Below, piece by piece: positions 15,329-16,535 of a stretch of DNA of 16,535 nucleotides. Origin of the DNA: Candidatus Hydrogenedentota bacterium. GTDB taxonomy: Bacteria; Hydrogenedentota; Hydrogenedentia; Hydrogenedentales; SLHB01. Made by a program: the position numbers and the translations under genes. How positions within the stretch are numbered: the stretch's first letter is position 1; each line of letters starts with the position of its first letter. Under the pieces are notes generated by a model. That model worked only from the letters and a program-made list of their open reading frames with translations. It made no database searches and was not told the DNA's origin. The stretch is taken from NCBI GenBank assembly GCA_029974275.1, contig JARKSN010000317.1:1-16535 (forward strand), read 5' to 3'.

Positions 15329-16534
15329 CTACTGCTTTCGAAACACAATCGCATCCGTCGGCGTGGACGACTTGTTGCCCGCGTTATCCTCTGCTTGAAG
15401 GTAGAAGAAAAAGATGTCCGTTTGCGTGCTTGTGAAGCTGAACGATCCCGTTTCGGCGGTGCTGCTCAGACCGGTGTCCGTCCATGCGCCATTGAAGCCG
15501 ACCTTCACCCACAGCCGCACGGCTTTCAGGCCGCTGCCGGCATCGGTGGCGCCACTGTAGGTGACGGTGAACGGCACGGTTCGGGTAAACGTCGGCGAGG
15601 TCAGCTTGCCGCCGGTCGGCGCGGTTGTGTCGAACACCGTCGTCGTATCGCCCGAACCAGCGGGAGTGGCCGTTTTCCCGCCCGCGGCCGTCTGCGCCTG
15701 GGTCGCAAACGAGTAACTGTCGTCGCCGGCGAAACCGGAAAAACTAAACGTGCCGGAAACGCCCGTCGCGGTCAGACCGGTGCTGGTCCACGCGCCCGAC
15801 GTCCCTTTCTTCACCCACAAGGTCACGGACGTCGCCGTCGCCGACGCGCCCGCGTAGCTCACCGTGATCGGCGAGGTCTTCGTGTAGGCCGGAGCCGTGG
15901 CCGTGCCCGGCACAAATGTCGCCGAGTACTGCGTCGAGGCCTGGCCTTGACCGCTCGGAGACGCGGATAGGTTCCCCGCTTTGTCTTCGGACTGCAACGC
16001 AAAATAGTATGAGCCGCTGCCGGAAAACCCCGAAAAGGAAAACGTGCCCGAGGCCGCCGTGCCGCTCAATCCCGTGTCTTGCCACACCGTCGCGCCCGCC
16101 TTCAGCACCCACAAGGTCACTTGCTTCAAGCCGCTGCCGCCGGCGTCTGACACACCGCTATAACTCACCGTGATCGGCACGCTCGACGCCGTCGCGGGGA
16201 CCGTCAATGCGCCCGCAGACGGAGCGGTCGTGTCCAGCACCGTGGAACCATCCCCCACGCCCGTCGGAACCGCGGTCTTGTTGCCCGCCTTGTCCGTCGC
16301 TTGCAGCGCAAACGCATACGCGCCCGCGCCCGACGCCGCATAACTGAAACTGCCCGACGCCGTCGCCGACGTCTGGCCCGTGTCCGTCCATGCGCCCGAA
16401 CCCTTCTTGGCCCACAACCGAACCTCCGCCAATCCCGAATCCGCATCCCCAGAGCCCGAATACGAAACAACGAGCGGCGTGGCGTTCGCATACGCGGGAG
16501 GCGTCGTCTTGCCCATCACCGGCAACACATCGTC
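15329..16534 (-). CDS. C-terminal part of a large secreted/surface protein made of tandem ~100-aa Ig-like/FN3-like repeats (5' end outside window)
   Basis: The frame is open to the window edge (..DDVLPVMGK). Four repeats share DTTAP...P.TV.YSG..D..SGL..V.LW.K......W.DTG......G.FSF.......Y.F.LQA.D.AGN. Ser/Thr/Gly/Ala-rich and Cys-free, as in bacterial Ig-like adhesin domains. Confidence 0.85.
   Translation of the reverse strand, partial: DDVLPVMGKTTPPAYANATPLVVSYSGSGDADSGLAEVRLWAKKGSGAWTDTGQTSATASGSFSYAASGAGAYAFALQATDKAGNKTAVPTGVGDGSTVLDTTAPSAGALTVPATASSVPITVSYSGVSDAGGSGLKQVTLWVLKAGATVWQDTGLSGTAASGTFSFSGFSGSGSYYFALQSEDKAGNLSASPSGQGQASTQYSATFVPGTATAPAYTKTSPITVSYAGASATATSVTLWVKKGTSGAWTSTGLTATGVSGTFSFSGFAGDDSYSFATQAQTAAGGKTATPAGSGDTTTVFDTTAPTGGKLTSPTFTRTVPFTVTYSGATDAGSGLKAVRLWVKVGFNGAWTDTGLSSTAETGSFSFTSTQTDIFFFYLQAEDNAGNKSSTPTDAIVFRKQ
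15332..16534 (-). repeat. Four degenerate ~300-bp coding repeats (units approx. 16534-16235, 16234-15926, 15925-15632, 15631-15332)
   Basis: Recognised by manual alignment of the translated units (conserved V.Y.G, V.LW, W..TG, G.FS, F..Q). Divergent at the DNA level. Confidence 0.8.
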
Positions 16535-16535
16535 G

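Noticed and set aside
15329..16535. Repeats as CRISPR array or mobile element
   Set aside because: The repeats are ~300-bp degenerate in-frame protein domains, not identical short repeats with spacers. No cas, transposase or integrase genes are in the window.

Overview
GC-rich bacterial chromosomal window, mostly housekeeping, with no rRNA, tRNA, CRISPR or mobile element seen. From left to right on + : the end of an uncharacterised three-gene envelope operon (partial ORF, lipoprotein, short AsmA-like membrane protein), then an Rrf2 regulator with a near-consensus sigma70 promoter and a complete sulfate/thiosulfate ABC importer (sbp-cysT-cysW-cysA). On - : argG-argH, a REC-GAF-HD-GYP phosphodiesterase and a HemY-type porphyrinogen oxidase. 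Divergently on + : citrate synthase and a MATE-family transporter. The window ends with the 3' part of a - strand gene made of ~100-aa Ig-like repeats. The best lead is that both the Rrf2 regulator (...TSMYYI) and the CysA ATPase (...DYADYSI) end in aromatic-x-Ile tails resembling the C-terminal peptides by which CysE and CymR dock into cysteine synthase (CysK). This suggests, untested, that CysK controls both transcription and sulfate uptake. Secondary leads are the 4-Cys motif in that Rrf2 protein, a shared candidate operator, and a MATE lacking the canonical ion-coupling acidic residues.
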